In this document: positions 1 through 10,529 of the stretch, piece after piece
Layout of the letters: every line of letters begins with the position of its first letter
How positions within the stretch are numbered: the first letter of the stretch is position 1
Assembly (NCBI GenBank): GCA_000991405.1
Contig: LBRL01000001.1
Coordinates: 315,200-379,199 of the forward strand
DNA length: 64,000 nt
Source of the DNA: Candidatus Nomurabacteria bacterium GW2011_GWD2_36_14
Lineage (GTDB): Bacteria > Patescibacteriota > Minisyncoccia > Phycocordibacterales > UBA9973
Direction of reading: 5' to 3'
The notes under the pieces: model-generated
Databases searched by the model: none
Seen by the model: the letters and a program-made list of their open reading frames with translations, nothing else
Told to the model about the DNA's origin: nothing
Made by a program: the position numbers and the translations under genes

Positions 1-232
1 TATCAGAATTTGCAATGTGCATTTTTTGCACATTGCTTTTCTCATTAATTTCTTTATCTTTTAAAAGATTATTGATATGTTTTGTGATTACAGATCTTTC
101 AACATTAAAAACTAGAGCAATTTGCGCCTGTGTAGCCCATATTGTATCACTCTTAACATCCCCACGAAGCTCTAATGCCCCATTTTTAGTTTGATATATA
201 ACTATTTTATTATTTTTATCTTCTTTTTTCAT
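1..232 (-). CDS. RhuM/Fic(DOC)-family protein, N-terminal part (runs off window edge)
   Basis: Manual translation from ATG at 232: MKKEDKNNKIVIYQTKNGALELRGDVKSDTIWATQAQIALVFNVERSVITKHINNLLKDKEINEKSNVQKMHIANSD, the typical RhuM-type N-terminus; not in the ORF track because it is truncated. Confidence 0.75.
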   Translation of the reverse strand, partial: MKKEDKNNKIVIYQTKNGALELRGDVKSDTIWATQAQIALVFNVERSVITKHINNLLKDKEINEKSNVQKMHIANSD

Positions 233-277
233 ATTTACATTTCAATTATACCATAGACACTTATTTAGCAACTTCCA

Positions 278-298
278 GACATAAGTCCAACTTATGTC
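278..298. repeat. Short palindrome GACATAAGT-CCA-ACTTATGTC (AAGTC-x-ACTT family)
   Basis: Perfect 9-bp arms; core resembles the in-frame palindromes in tatD (50671-50718). Confidence 0.6.
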
Positions 299-305
299 CA
301 AATAA

Positions 306-2030
306 CTAATACACCTCATTTTGGTAACATCGTTCACAGTATACTATCTCAGGACGTTCTGGGGCATAAGAAGTTTCAAATTCATTGGTACAGCCTTCTT
401 TCATACATTGTCTATGCCAGAGCTTCATAGGGTTTCGTTGAGCTAAGCGTTCATAATGTCTACAGTTAGGACAGAGACGAGGTAAGGGTAGGTTCATACG
501 TCTGTAGAAGGATAATTCTTCGGGGATAATCTTGAAGGCTTCAGTACATTGTTGATTACAAGTACCCTTATGGGAGCATTCTATGACTTTGTTTAAGATA
601 TCGTTGTCTTGTATGTCATTTATAGAGTCAGGGATGTCTTCTGTGTGGATATCTATAGTATAGTTACGTTCTTCTTTGTCTTTCCATTTGTATCCTTGTT
701 CTAGGGCTTGTTCTTTGGTTAGAGGATAGTATTCTTGAGCGATGGTTTCGTTGTAGGCAAAGGGAGAGAGTTCAGATGGGAAGAATTCACCGTATTTGTA
801 GACTCTACCTTTAGAGTCTATGTAGGGCTGGTCGGACATGTGCTGGATGATTTTGGGAACCAACTCTTCGTACTCTTCCTTGGTGTATTGGCGGTTGAGG
901 ATGCAGTATTGTTTGGAGCGGAGGGAGACGCAGGCGAAGAGATTTTTATTATTTTTAATGCAATAAACAGAATATAAAACATCTAATGAAAATCCAACAA
1001 GAACATCAAAAAATAAATTATGCCCACTGACAGAAGTACTCTCATACATCAATTCCCCTTCTGCTGCGCAAGATAAATCCATACTATCCTTTAAGTCACT
1101 ATCAATATCATTCACAAATTTACAATTTTGAGATTTAAAAATATTAAAGGATTGCTTACAATTATCACAATTCCATATATTATTACCGGTACAATTATTT
1201 GTTTGAATATTACTATTTTCTTTATTAATTGAATCTAACTTTAATTGTTTGAATAATTTAGAAACATTTTCTCTTGCCGAAAAACTTCCATTAATATATT
1301 CTTTTTTTATTTTTTCATATTCATCCTTTGTATATTGCTTATTTAGAATACAATATTTTTGATTTCTTAAATTCGAGCAAAGAATGCAGGAAAAACAACC
1401 TTTACAATTATATAAAAAGTGAGAATCTAAACAATCTTTGCATTTTTCAAGATTACTTGATGTACTTGATTCTTGACTATCAATACACTGATAACATAAA
1501 TCAAGTTTCTTAGAATAACTATTGTCTTGTGAATCTTTTGAAAAGTGACAAGCATTAGAATAAAACACATTCTCTCCATAACCTAAATCAAAACACATAT
1601 AGCTGTTCTTGCTATTCCAAGCGTAATTTATATATGGACAATTAAAATTATTGAGAGAATTTAAACTTTGGCGAGGAACTTTTTTTATCAAATCAAAAAG
1701 CTGATTAAAAAATGGTCTGGAAAAATCATAATCAACACCATAATCCATAGGATCCCAATTGTCACTCCACCAACAATCAACACAATATACAGGAAATGTA
1801 TTTTCAGTTGGATATACTGAAATAATACTCTTTTTACATAAATCACAATTGCTTTTATATAAAGATCTCTCGTTTCTCCAAATCATCCTCCTTATTTTTC
1901 TACATTCTGAACAAAAAGTTGGTGGAGGGACTTTGATTTTCTCGTAGAATAGAAAGTCATCGGGCTCGATAATGAAGTCTTCCTTACAATTCTGACACCC
2001 CAGTACTAAATTTTTATATTCTTTTTCCAT
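306..2030 (-). CDS. Cys-rich zinc-ribbon hypothetical protein of the kind common in Parcubacteria
   Basis: CQNC..FCSECR, CDLC, CVDCW, CPNCR, CERCY motifs; internal repeat C.NLRNQKYCILNKQYTKDEYE / CVSLRSKQYCILNRQYTKEEYE. Confidence 0.75.
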   Translation of the reverse strand: MEKEYKNLVLGCQNCKEDFIIEPDDFLFYEKIKVPPPTFCSECRKIRRMIWRNERSLYKSNCDLCKKSIISVYPTENTFPVYCVDCWWSDNWDPMDYGVDYDFSRPFFNQLFDLIKKVPRQSLNSLNNFNCPYINYAWNSKNSYMCFDLGYGENVFYSNACHFSKDSQDNSYSKKLDLCYQCIDSQESSTSSNLEKCKDCLDSHFLYNCKGCFSCILCSNLRNQKYCILNKQYTKDEYEKIKKEYINGSFSARENVSKLFKQLKLDSINKENSNIQTNNCTGNNIWNCDNCKQSFNIFKSQNCKFVNDIDSDLKDSMDLSCAAEGELMYESTSVSGHNLFFDVLVGFSLDVLYSVYCIKNNKNLFACVSLRSKQYCILNRQYTKEEYEELVPKIIQHMSDQPYIDSKGRVYKYGEFFPSELSPFAYNETIAQEYYPLTKEQALEQGYKWKDKEERNYTIDIHTEDIPDSINDIQDNDILNKVIECSHKGTCNQQCTEAFKIIPEELSFYRRMNLPLPRLCPNCRHYERLAQRNPMKLWHRQCMKEGCTNEFETSYAPERPEIVYCERCYQNEVY

Positions 2031-2153
2031 ATTTTCTATTCACTTCATTAGTATATTTATTTTATCTAAAATCTTATTTAATCGAAAAATTAGTACGGGG
2101 CAAGGTTCTTTATTTCTGATTCCATAGTATTATTATACCAATTCTAACCCCTA

Positions 2154-2906
2154 TTATCCATTTGGGTACATTTTAATTGCTAGTTTCTTACATTCTTCGA
2201 GAATTCCCTCTTCTTCTGGCAAGACAAGCGGAACTTCACGGTGAAATTCGGATACAGTGCCACTCACAAAATCTTTTAGTAGTTCTATTTGAACTTCGTG
2301 TTCTACAAGCAGGACTCGAGCTTGTAAGCTCTCGGCTGTATCGTCAGGTAATATTGGTATTTGTTTTCTTTTTAATACTACACCTTCGTCAAACTTTGCT
2401 GTTACTCGGTGTGCCGTCGCCTCAGTCCAGAAATCTCTCTCTACTTTTTGTACAAAGGAAAGTCTAGCTTGATGCACTCGCATACCATACATACCGACTC
2501 CTCCGAAGTCTAGGTGTCCGGCTTGCCCGCCTGAATTACTTGTATTTTGGCGGGTGTCGAGTGGCCCTGGATGCTGGTTGATAATCATTCCCTCAAATTC
2601 ATTGATTACATTCTCGGGAGTCATTACCATCCAGCCATATTGACCAATGAAGTCCACATTTCTCTTTCTGCATTCCTCTATAATTTTCTCTCCAAATTTT
2701 TCCCGAGTCTCAAAACTTTTCGGATTTATAACTAAAATATCCTCTTCTTTTATTCCAAGTCTGCTGGCCCTCTCTATGCCTCCCGCATTTTCCTTACTCG
2801 CTATGACTAAGGCGGGTATGACACTCGAAAGTACCCCACTATGGCAAGCTTTGATAATAGCTTCCATTGTAGTTCCTCCTCCTGAAATAAGTAATGCAAT
2901 CCTCAT
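2154..2906 (-). CDS. purN: Phosphoribosylglycinamide formyltransferase
   Basis: RIALLISGGGTTMEAII, INQHPGPL, ATAHRV..FDEG; lies in the pur cluster. Confidence 0.85.
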   Translation of the reverse strand: MRIALLISGGGTTMEAIIKACHSGVLSSVIPALVIASKENAGGIERASRLGIKEEDILVINPKSFETREKFGEKIIEECRKRNVDFIGQYGWMVMTPENVINEFEGMIINQHPGPLDTRQNTSNSGGQAGHLDFGGVGMYGMRVHQARLSFVQKVERDFWTEATAHRVTAKFDEGVVLKRKQIPILPDDTAESLQARVLLVEHEVQIELLKDFVSGTVSEFHREVPLVLPEEEGILEECKKLAIKMYPNG

Positions 2907-2916
2907 ATATAAAAAA

Positions 2917-4326
2917 TTAATTTTTAAACCTCAAGCTATCATACTTTATCTCTTTTTCATGCTCATATATAGGCAATGGATACTCTCCATTGAAAGCAGA
3001 TAGGCATAGTCGCCCCTTGGGTAATCCTGTAGCTTTTACCATGCCATCGATAGATAAGAAAGTAAGAGAAGTAGCTCCTATGAATTGTCTTGTCTCTTCG
3101 ATTGTCTTCTGTGATGAAATTAAATTTTCTTGACGAGGTGTATCTATACCGTAAAAGTCTGGGAATTTGACAGGAGCAGAAGCAACTAAAAAGTGAACCT
3201 CCTTAGCACCTGAATCAAAGAACATTTTAGCTATATCTCGAGAAGTATTACCGCGAACAATCGAATCATCTATGACTCCTACTCTTTTCCCTGTAACTAA
3301 ACTTCGAAGAACAGTGAGCTTCATTTTTATCTTCTGTTCGCGATTGGCTTGAGTCGGCTCAATAAATGTCCTATGAATATATCTATTCTTATTTAAAGCC
3401 ATTTCAAAAGGAACTCCAGATGCATGAGAATAACCAATAGCAGAAGGAATAGCTGTCTCAGGTACTGGAACGATGAGATCGAGTTTAAGTTTAGGATTTT
3501 CCTTAAATAACATTTTGCCGAAATTTTTACGGACTTCGTAGACAGATTGTCCAAGTATCTTGCAATCATGACGAGAAAAATAAACGAATTCAAAAATATC
3601 AAACTTAGGATCTGCTGTAGCTAATATTGTACTTTTCATACCACTTTTAGAAACAGTCACCAACTCACCAGGGAGAACTTCTCTTAAGAATTTAGCATTA
3701 ACCGTTCGAAGCCCACAGGTCTCTGAAGCGAAAACTGTCTCTTCCCCATTTGTTCCGACTACTAGAGGTCTTATTCCTCTAGGATCACGGAAGGCAACGA
3801 GTTCCTTGGTTGAAAGTGCTACACAAGAAAATGCTCCAGTAAAAAGTGGATACGCCTTCTCTACCGCTTTAGACAGTGACATTCCTTTATCCATATAAAA
3901 CCCAATAGCCTTCGCCATAAGTTCAGAATCTGAATGTCCCTTCGTCACTATTTTATTATTCTTAAGAAAATCTTCCAATGCTTTAGTATTAGGTAGATTG
4001 CCATTGTGAGCAAAAGCAAATTTATCGTTGTGAACAATCGGCTGAGCATGCTTTGTACTAGAACCACGAGAAGTAGAGTAACGGTTGTGTCCAATAGCTG
4101 CGAAACCTTCAAGACTTTTAATTATCTTCTCTGTATATACCTGACTTACAAGTCCTGATTTCTTGTATGAAAATATTTTCTTCCCATCGGTAGATGCTAT
4201 ACCTGTCTGCTCTTGACCCCTATGCTGCAACGCAAAGAGTCCAAAGTAAGCATAACGAGCAGCTTCTTTGCCATCCCAAATTCCAAAAACTGCACATTTT
4301 TCATTTATCCCATTAGAGATTTTCAT
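2917..4326 (-). CDS. purF: Amidophosphoribosyltransferase
   Basis: EKCAVFG N-terminal Cys, LQHRGQE, GHNRYST, HNGNL, VIDDSIVRGNT. Confidence 0.97.
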   Translation of the reverse strand: MKISNGINEKCAVFGIWDGKEAARYAYFGLFALQHRGQEQTGIASTDGKKIFSYKKSGLVSQVYTEKIIKSLEGFAAIGHNRYSTSRGSSTKHAQPIVHNDKFAFAHNGNLPNTKALEDFLKNNKIVTKGHSDSELMAKAIGFYMDKGMSLSKAVEKAYPLFTGAFSCVALSTKELVAFRDPRGIRPLVVGTNGEETVFASETCGLRTVNAKFLREVLPGELVTVSKSGMKSTILATADPKFDIFEFVYFSRHDCKILGQSVYEVRKNFGKMLFKENPKLKLDLIVPVPETAIPSAIGYSHASGVPFEMALNKNRYIHRTFIEPTQANREQKIKMKLTVLRSLVTGKRVGVIDDSIVRGNTSRDIAKMFFDSGAKEVHFLVASAPVKFPDFYGIDTPRQENLISSQKTIEETRQFIGATSLTFLSIDGMVKATGLPKGRLCLSAFNGEYPLPIYEHEKEIKYDSLRFKN

Positions 4327-4402
4327 AAATATTTTTTTGTAATTTAATAATGTTATAATTCATATATAGTGTTATCTCTAACGGGATTCAATTTTCATTT
4401 CT

Positions 4403-5176
4403 TTATTTATTAAAATAATTTATTGCATTCTTAAATAAAATAAGTCCTGCACCTTCATCTGTTTTTCTTTTTTTATTTTTCTTTGTTTGCCAAAGTGGTG
4501 TTTGATGGAAGAATTGCGCACGTTCAGGATGAGGCATCATACCTAAGACTCGCCCCTGATATCCTAATATCCCTGCAATATCATGCATTGCTCCATTTGG
4601 ATTGGCTTCTAAACTTTGGAATTTGCAAATCTCCCCACTCGTATAAGTGAAAGCTATCTGCTTATTCTTTACCATTTCTTTGTATTCTTTAGAACTTATC
4701 AGGTATCTTCCCTCTCCATGAGCAATCGACAAAGAAATATCCTTTATACCAGTGAGCCAAGGACTCTTCCCTATAGATTTCAAATCTACCCAGCGGTCAA
4801 TATACTGTCCATTCTTGTTGTGAGTGAGAGCTCCCGGCAAAACACCCAGGGAAGTTAATATCTGAAATCCATTACAAATACCAATTGCTAAAGTATCCTG
4901 AGACAAGAATTCTTCTAACTCTTTCGATAAATGATTCTTAAATTTATTGGCATAAGCCTTACCACTACCTGTATCATCTCCATAAGAGAACCCTCCAGGG
5001 AAAACAAGTATCTGGTACTTAGAGAGCATTTTGGGTTCTGTAATCAAATCATTGATATGCACTATGTCAGCCTTGCCTCCGACAGATTCAAATGCAAACT
5101 TTGTTTCCTCTTCGCAGTTGAGTCCGTATCCAGACATTATTAAAATCTTTGGTTTTTTTATAGTATTTTTTTTCAT
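4403..5176 (-). CDS. purQ: FGAM synthase glutaminase subunit
   Basis: PGGFSYGD, GICNGFQIL, AHGEG, MMPHPER. Confidence 0.96.
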   Translation of the reverse strand: MKKNTIKKPKILIMSGYGLNCEEETKFAFESVGGKADIVHINDLITEPKMLSKYQILVFPGGFSYGDDTGSGKAYANKFKNHLSKELEEFLSQDTLAIGICNGFQILTSLGVLPGALTHNKNGQYIDRWVDLKSIGKSPWLTGIKDISLSIAHGEGRYLISSKEYKEMVKNKQIAFTYTSGEICKFQSLEANPNGAMHDIAGILGYQGRVLGMMPHPERAQFFHQTPLWQTKKNKKRKTDEGAGLILFKNAINYFNK

Positions 5177-8175
5177 CTCATTTTATTTGAAAACTCATGA
5201 TAAATTGTAAACAACTTTTTAAGGTTTGTATCGATTACTTTTTTATTGTTCTTATCAAGAATAATAAATTTATCATTCTTTAGTACAGTTCCAAGCTTGG
5301 CATATGCAATTCCTTTCACTGCCTTTTCAAATTTAGATATATCTTCCTTTGAAACTGTTACAAGAATTCTACCCTGACTTTCAGAGAAGAGAGCTTCGTC
5401 AACTCCAGAGTAATTGCCTGGAAGATTTTTTAAAGAAATATTTACTCCAAGCATTCCACCAATAGATGCTTTAGCTAAAACAATAGCCAAACCACCAGAA
5501 GTCAAAGAAGTTGCAGAGCGAATCAACTCTTTCGTAATTGCTTTTTCTAGTGCTTGGTAAATTTTCGTATTCTTTTTGAAATCAACTTTCGGCACGTCGT
5601 TACCTATAGCATTTTCATCTCCATTTTTCTTTGAGATCATTTTGTAATATTCGCTTCCCCCCAATTCGTTGAAAGTCTCTCCTAATATATAGATACTGTC
5701 TCCAGCATTTTTAAATGAAGGCGAGACTGTTTTATAAATATCAGGCATAACTCCAATCGCAGAAATAAGAAGTGTGGGAGGTATAGAAATCGCCACAGGA
5801 TTACCAAATTCATCATAACCCTTAAAATCATTAAACATACTATCCTTACCTGAAATAAATGGAGTACCATATCCGACTGCATAATCATAGCAAGCCTTGA
5901 GTGCTTCTATAAGCTCATAGAGTTTATTCTGGTCATAAGAAGAACACCAGCAGAAATTATCCAAGATTGCTAAACCAGAAAGTGAAGCCCCTGCACAAAT
6001 AGCATTACGAATGGCTGTATCTATAGAACAAGCAGCCATATGATAAGTATTAATAAAAGAATAAGTAGGATAAAGCCCGCTTGAAACTACTACTCCCTTC
6101 GAAGAAGAAAGTACAGGTCTGAATACTTGCGCTTCTGTATTTATTCGTCCCCTACCATCTAACGGCTTTAATACAGAAGAAGCTTGAACCTCATGATCAT
6201 ACTGATCTGCGATAAAAGAAAATCCAGCAATATTTTTATCTTTAAGTAATTCTTCGAAAACTTTTGTCCTATTCTCTCCTTTTGGAATTTTCGGAGTACT
6301 ATTATTGTGAACTATAGGAGAACTCTCTAAATGTTTCTTAGGAAGTCCGTCATGCAAAAATTCTAATGAAATATTCATGATTTCTTTTCCATTATAATTC
6401 ACAATACACTTTCCTGAATTGGTGAAAGTACCCACAACTGAAGCTTCTACTCCACGACTATCCATTAATTTATTGAAAGTACTCCATTTCTCTTTTGGTA
6501 CAGATAGAGTCATGCGTTCTTGTGATTCTGAAATCCAAATTTGCCAAGGTTGAAGCCCTGGATACTTCAATGACACTTTCTCTAAATCAACAACAACTCC
6601 TCCACATTCCTTGGCCATCTCTGCGATAGAGCAAGATATTCCTCCTGCACCATTATCCGTAATGCTCGTATATAAATCCATACTACGTGCTTCTTTGACT
6701 ATCGCATCACTTAATTTCTTCTGAGTTATAGGGTCACCTATCTGGACTGCAGTCGCAGGACTTGTAGAATCCATCGCGACAGAAGAAAATGTTGCACCGT
6801 GGATTCCATCGGCTCCCACTCTTCCACCGACTACCACAACAAGGTCACCATTCTGAGCTTCTTTCTCGTGGGAAAGTTTACCATTTATCTTCCTAGGAAT
6901 AATTCCAACTGTCCCTACGAAAACTAAAGGCTTACCTCTAAAACTATCATCGTATTTTACAAATCCAGAAACTGTTGGAATACCAGAACAATTTCCCCCG
7001 ACGTTTACCCCCTTTATGACTCCATCCATTATTCTCTTTGGAGGAAGCATCTTCTGAGTTAAATTCTTGTCTTTATATAATGCTCTCGTATCATACGGAT
7101 TCCCAAAGCAAAATCCATACATATTTGCAACTGGCTTTGCTCCAAGCCCAAATCCAATAGTATCTCTATTGACTCCAACTATCCCTGTAATTGCCCCACC
7201 AAATGGATCTAGGGCCGAAGGACTGTTGTGCGTCTCAACTTTATGTGTAACTAAATAATCTTTATCAAAAACAATTCCACCCGAGTTATCTGAGAAAACT
7301 GAAATACAAAAATCGTCTTTTCCTTTTTGGGCTCTTATTTTATTTGTAGCTCCTTTAATATAAGTTTTATACAAGCCGTCATTAATATCATCAATAGGAT
7401 TGGCGAAAATCGTATGCTTGCAATGTTCAGACCAAGTCTGGGCCAAAGATTCCAGCTCTATGTCTTTGGGATTTCTGCCAAGAGTTTTAAAATAGTCCTT
7501 TATAACTTTCATGGATTCTAGATCCAAAGCAAGTGGACCTCTACGTACACCATCATTCCCCAAAATTCCTTCTTTGCCTATTTTAATAAGCTCTTCATCT
7601 GCAAGTGAAAGAGGAACTTCTATAAAATCTTTCTGTTTAGTTAGGACAACTTTTGGAATCTTTAATGGTAGATTGTTCTCTTTCTTAATTTCTCCGATAT
7701 CATATATATAACCTTTCTCAATCAGTGGATTGTGAAGTGAAAGGGAAACTTTCTTGGCATCTTCACTACTAATTGACCCAGAAATTAAAAAAGCTTTTGA
7801 AGTGAAGACCTCTAAGCTTGTATCATTTTTTATATGCAATAAATCGACAATAGTTTCCTTGGCTGTGTGGGCAACGTTGTCCGTAACTCCAGGCAAAAAA
7901 CCAATTTCTATTATTTGAGAGAAGTTTTTCTCTTTTACCCCCAAGTCCAAAGATGTTGGTAATTCGTTGATTAGAAACTTTTCAAAATTCTGATTCGTAA
8001 GCGATTCCGCTACTTTTGTAAGTTCACCGCTCGATAGTTCTCCATTGATAATGTAGGTGTCAAGAATCGACAAGTGTGTGATTCTACCCTTTAATCCTAA
8101 ACCTTGCCACGATTTTAAAAATAGCCTAGTTCGGCTATCTTCTCCTTTGGGCAAAACATACAATCGTGAAATCAT
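5173..8175 (-). CDS. purL: FGAM synthase synthetase subunit with PurS-like N-terminal extension
   Basis: QTWSEHCKH, KVETHNSPS, DGIHGATFSS, DNGAGG, SESQERM; start placed at MISRL (8175) because TATAAT lies 6 nt upstream (ORF track starts at 8196). Confidence 0.95.
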   Translation of the reverse strand: MISRLYVLPKGEDSRTRLFLKSWQGLGLKGRITHLSILDTYIINGELSSGELTKVAESLTNQNFEKFLINELPTSLDLGVKEKNFSQIIEIGFLPGVTDNVAHTAKETIVDLLHIKNDTSLEVFTSKAFLISGSISSEDAKKVSLSLHNPLIEKGYIYDIGEIKKENNLPLKIPKVVLTKQKDFIEVPLSLADEELIKIGKEGILGNDGVRRGPLALDLESMKVIKDYFKTLGRNPKDIELESLAQTWSEHCKHTIFANPIDDINDGLYKTYIKGATNKIRAQKGKDDFCISVFSDNSGGIVFDKDYLVTHKVETHNSPSALDPFGGAITGIVGVNRDTIGFGLGAKPVANMYGFCFGNPYDTRALYKDKNLTQKMLPPKRIMDGVIKGVNVGGNCSGIPTVSGFVKYDDSFRGKPLVFVGTVGIIPRKINGKLSHEKEAQNGDLVVVVGGRVGADGIHGATFSSVAMDSTSPATAVQIGDPITQKKLSDAIVKEARSMDLYTSITDNGAGGISCSIAEMAKECGGVVVDLEKVSLKYPGLQPWQIWISESQERMTLSVPKEKWSTFNKLMDSRGVEASVVGTFTNSGKCIVNYNGKEIMNISLEFLHDGLPKKHLESSPIVHNNSTPKIPKGENRTKVFEELLKDKNIAGFSFIADQYDHEVQASSVLKPLDGRGRINTEAQVFRPVLSSSKGVVVSSGLYPTYSFINTYHMAACSIDTAIRNAICAGASLSGLAILDNFCWCSSYDQNKLYELIEALKACYDYAVGYGTPFISGKDSMFNDFKGYDEFGNPVAISIPPTLLISAIGVMPDIYKTVSPSFKNAGDSIYILGETFNELGGSEYYKMISKKNGDENAIGNDVPKVDFKKNTKIYQALEKAITKELIRSATSLTSGGLAIVLAKASIGGMLGVNISLKNLPGNYSGVDEALFSESQGRILVTVSKEDISKFEKAVKGIAYAKLGTVLKNDKFIILDKNNKKVIDTNLKKLFTIYHEFSNKMR

Positions 8176-8259
8176 GTAAGTATTATATAATACCAAAAAT
8201 ATAAAAACAAATACCCCAATTTCCTAGCCTACCTTACCAATTTTTGTTACAATATACAC

Positions 8260-9276
8260 ATGGAAACATCTAAAACTGAGAAATACTTTTTATTTGGCCT
8301 TTTGGCCATAGTGCTTGTATTAACATTAGCGATACTTTATCCCTTCTTGGCTATCTTCATCTTGGCTGCTGCTTTTGCTGTGGTTATTAATCCTGTATAT
8401 TTATGGATTAAAAAAAACATCACAAAGAATAAATCAGGGTTTTCTTCTTTTATAACCATGCTCCTTTTCTTGTTTGTTTTATGTGTACCAATATTCTTCA
8501 TAGGAAATGTAATCTTCAAGCAAGCACAAAGTGCCTACCAGTTCATAACTTTAAATGGAGATACTAGTGTCTTTATTCAAAAAGTAGATACCTCTATCAA
8601 CAACTTAATGCCCGATGGATTTACTTTCAATACACATGAAAAAGTTGTAAGTCTTACTTCTTTCCTTTCAAGTAATATTGGGAACTTCTTTACTGCAACT
8701 TTCAATACTATCCTAATGGCGCTACTTACAATCTTTACAATGTTCTACTTACTCAAAGATGGAGAAACATGGAGAGCAGGCTTGGTAAAGATTCTGCCTT
8801 TATCAGAAAAAAATATTAACGAAGTACTTTCTAGTTTGAAAGATTCTGTAAATAGAATCATCAAGGGTTCCTTCTTCATCGCTATCGTTCAAGGTATTCT
8901 ATCTTGGGTTGGACTTTGGATTTTCGGAGTTCCTAATCCTGCATTATGGGGAGTCGTCGCAGGGCTTGCCTCTTTTGTCCCTACACTTGGAACCTCTATT
9001 GTCTTTGTTCCCTCCATATTGTTTTTACTATTTACTGGCATGCAGATACAAGCCTTGGGATTACTTTTATGGGCAATGGTACTCGTAGGAACCGTAGACA
9101 ACATCCTCTCTCCTTATATTATATCGAAAAATACAGAAGTGCCTTCTATCTTCATATTATTCTCAATATTGGGTGGTATCTCTCTAATGGGACCTATAGG
9201 TATCCTTATAGGACCACTTGTTTTAAGCTTACTTTACAGTCTTGTTGCTATTTATAGAAAAGAAGTAATCCGATAA
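8260..9276 (+). CDS. AI-2E family transporter
   Basis: Multi-pass membrane protein; DNILSPYII, ILGGISLMGPIGILIGP. Confidence 0.9.
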   Translation: METSKTEKYFLFGLLAIVLVLTLAILYPFLAIFILAAAFAVVINPVYLWIKKNITKNKSGFSSFITMLLFLFVLCVPIFFIGNVIFKQAQSAYQFITLNGDTSVFIQKVDTSINNLMPDGFTFNTHEKVVSLTSFLSSNIGNFFTATFNTILMALLTIFTMFYLLKDGETWRAGLVKILPLSEKNINEVLSSLKDSVNRIIKGSFFIAIVQGILSWVGLWIFGVPNPALWGVVAGLASFVPTLGTSIVFVPSILFLLFTGMQIQALGLLLWAMVLVGTVDNILSPYIISKNTEVPSIFILFSILGGISLMGPIGILIGPLVLSLLYSLVAIYRKEVIR

Positions 9277-9281
9277 GGTTG

Positions 9282-10529
9282 TTATGCTGACATGCCAGCT
9301 ATATACCCTGTCGTCCAACAAATCTGAAGACTATAACCTCCTGAATTTCTACTAATATTAAGTAGATCTCCTGTAATATATAAATTAGGAATTAGTTTTG
9401 AAGACATTGTTTTCATGTTTACTTCTTTAAGTGATACTCCTCCATCTGCTACTACAGATCTCTCATAGCCCATAAGATTTGTAACTTCTATAGGAAGATT
9501 CTTTAGAAGTTTTACAAACTTTTTTCTAGATTCTTTACTTATACTATGTACCTTTATACCAAAATCTAAATCTGTATCGATAAGTTCTATAGCTTTAGTC
9601 ATGCCTTCTGGTACAATTTCTTTCAGAATAGTTCGCCACATTTTATTTTTATTTGCATCGAAAGTTTTAATAACAAATTCTTCTAATTTTCCTTCATTAG
9701 TATCAGGAAAAACATCTATATAAGCTCTCACTAAGCCAGACTGAAGTAAGTCAGAAACTTTACGAGAGCTATTCAAAATAAGCGGACCGGAGAGACCAAA
9801 ATGGGTGAAGAGAATTTTGCCTATTTTTGAAAATTGCTTTTTCCCTTCTAGAAAGAAAGTAATCTTCATAAAAGAAAGAGTTACCCCTGCTAAACTTTTA
9901 ACCCAGGCATCCCTTACTGCGATAGGAACTATGTTGGGGCTTGGAGTTTTCACTTCATGTCCCAAGTCTTTAAGCCAATTAAATCCGTCACCAGTAGCGC
10001 CAGTCTCTGGATGTGAAAGACCACCAGTCGCAAGAATAAAAGATTTCGCAAAATATAATCCATCATTTGTTTCTACAGAATCTACGAGATTATTCTTTAT
10101 ATTTATTTTTATAACTCGGCAATTATTTTTTATTACGACGTGATTTTTGTCTAAATCTTTTTTCAAAAGATTAAAAACGTCCAAAGCCTTCTCTGTAATA
10201 GGAAAGACCCTATTACGAGCTTGAACAACCAAAGGAAGACCTCTTGATTCAAAATATTGAAATGTATCCTTCACTCCAAAAATAGAAAAAGGTGAATAGA
10301 GGAATGGGGCACCTTCACCATAAACTTTTAGCATTTTGTGAATATCGGGTTCAGCATTTGTAATATTGCAACGTCCGCCACCTGTGATTTTAAACTTTTC
10401 TCCCAGGCTTTTGTTCTTATCTAAGATTAGGACAGACTTGGAGCGTGCCCCTGCTACAGCTCCAGCCATCATACCAGAAGCTCCTCCACCAATAACTATA
10501 ATATCCCAAATTTTACTATTATTTTTCAT
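9282..10529 (-). CDS. HI0933/BaiN-family flavoprotein
   Basis: GGGASGMMA, KITGGGRCNITN, TGATGDG, LFTHFGLSGP, GGYSLQ. Confidence 0.92.
   Translation of the reverse strand: MKNNSKIWDIIVIGGGASGMMAGAVAGARSKSVLILDKNKSLGEKFKITGGGRCNITNAEPDIHKMLKVYGEGAPFLYSPFSIFGVKDTFQYFESRGLPLVVQARNRVFPITEKALDVFNLLKKDLDKNHVVIKNNCRVIKINIKNNLVDSVETNDGLYFAKSFILATGGLSHPETGATGDGFNWLKDLGHEVKTPSPNIVPIAVRDAWVKSLAGVTLSFMKITFFLEGKKQFSKIGKILFTHFGLSGPLILNSSRKVSDLLQSGLVRAYIDVFPDTNEGKLEEFVIKTFDANKNKMWRTILKEIVPEGMTKAIELIDTDLDFGIKVHSISKESRKKFVKLLKNLPIEVTNLMGYERSVVADGGVSLKEVNMKTMSSKLIPNLYITGDLLNISRNSGGYSLQICWTTGYIAGMSA

Noticed and set aside
5173-5176. Alternative genetic code 25 (UGA = Gly) as in Gracilibacteria/Absconditabacteria
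   Set aside because: purL and dnaX-adjacent genes translate full length in code 11, and purL ends at a TGA overlapping the purQ ATG.
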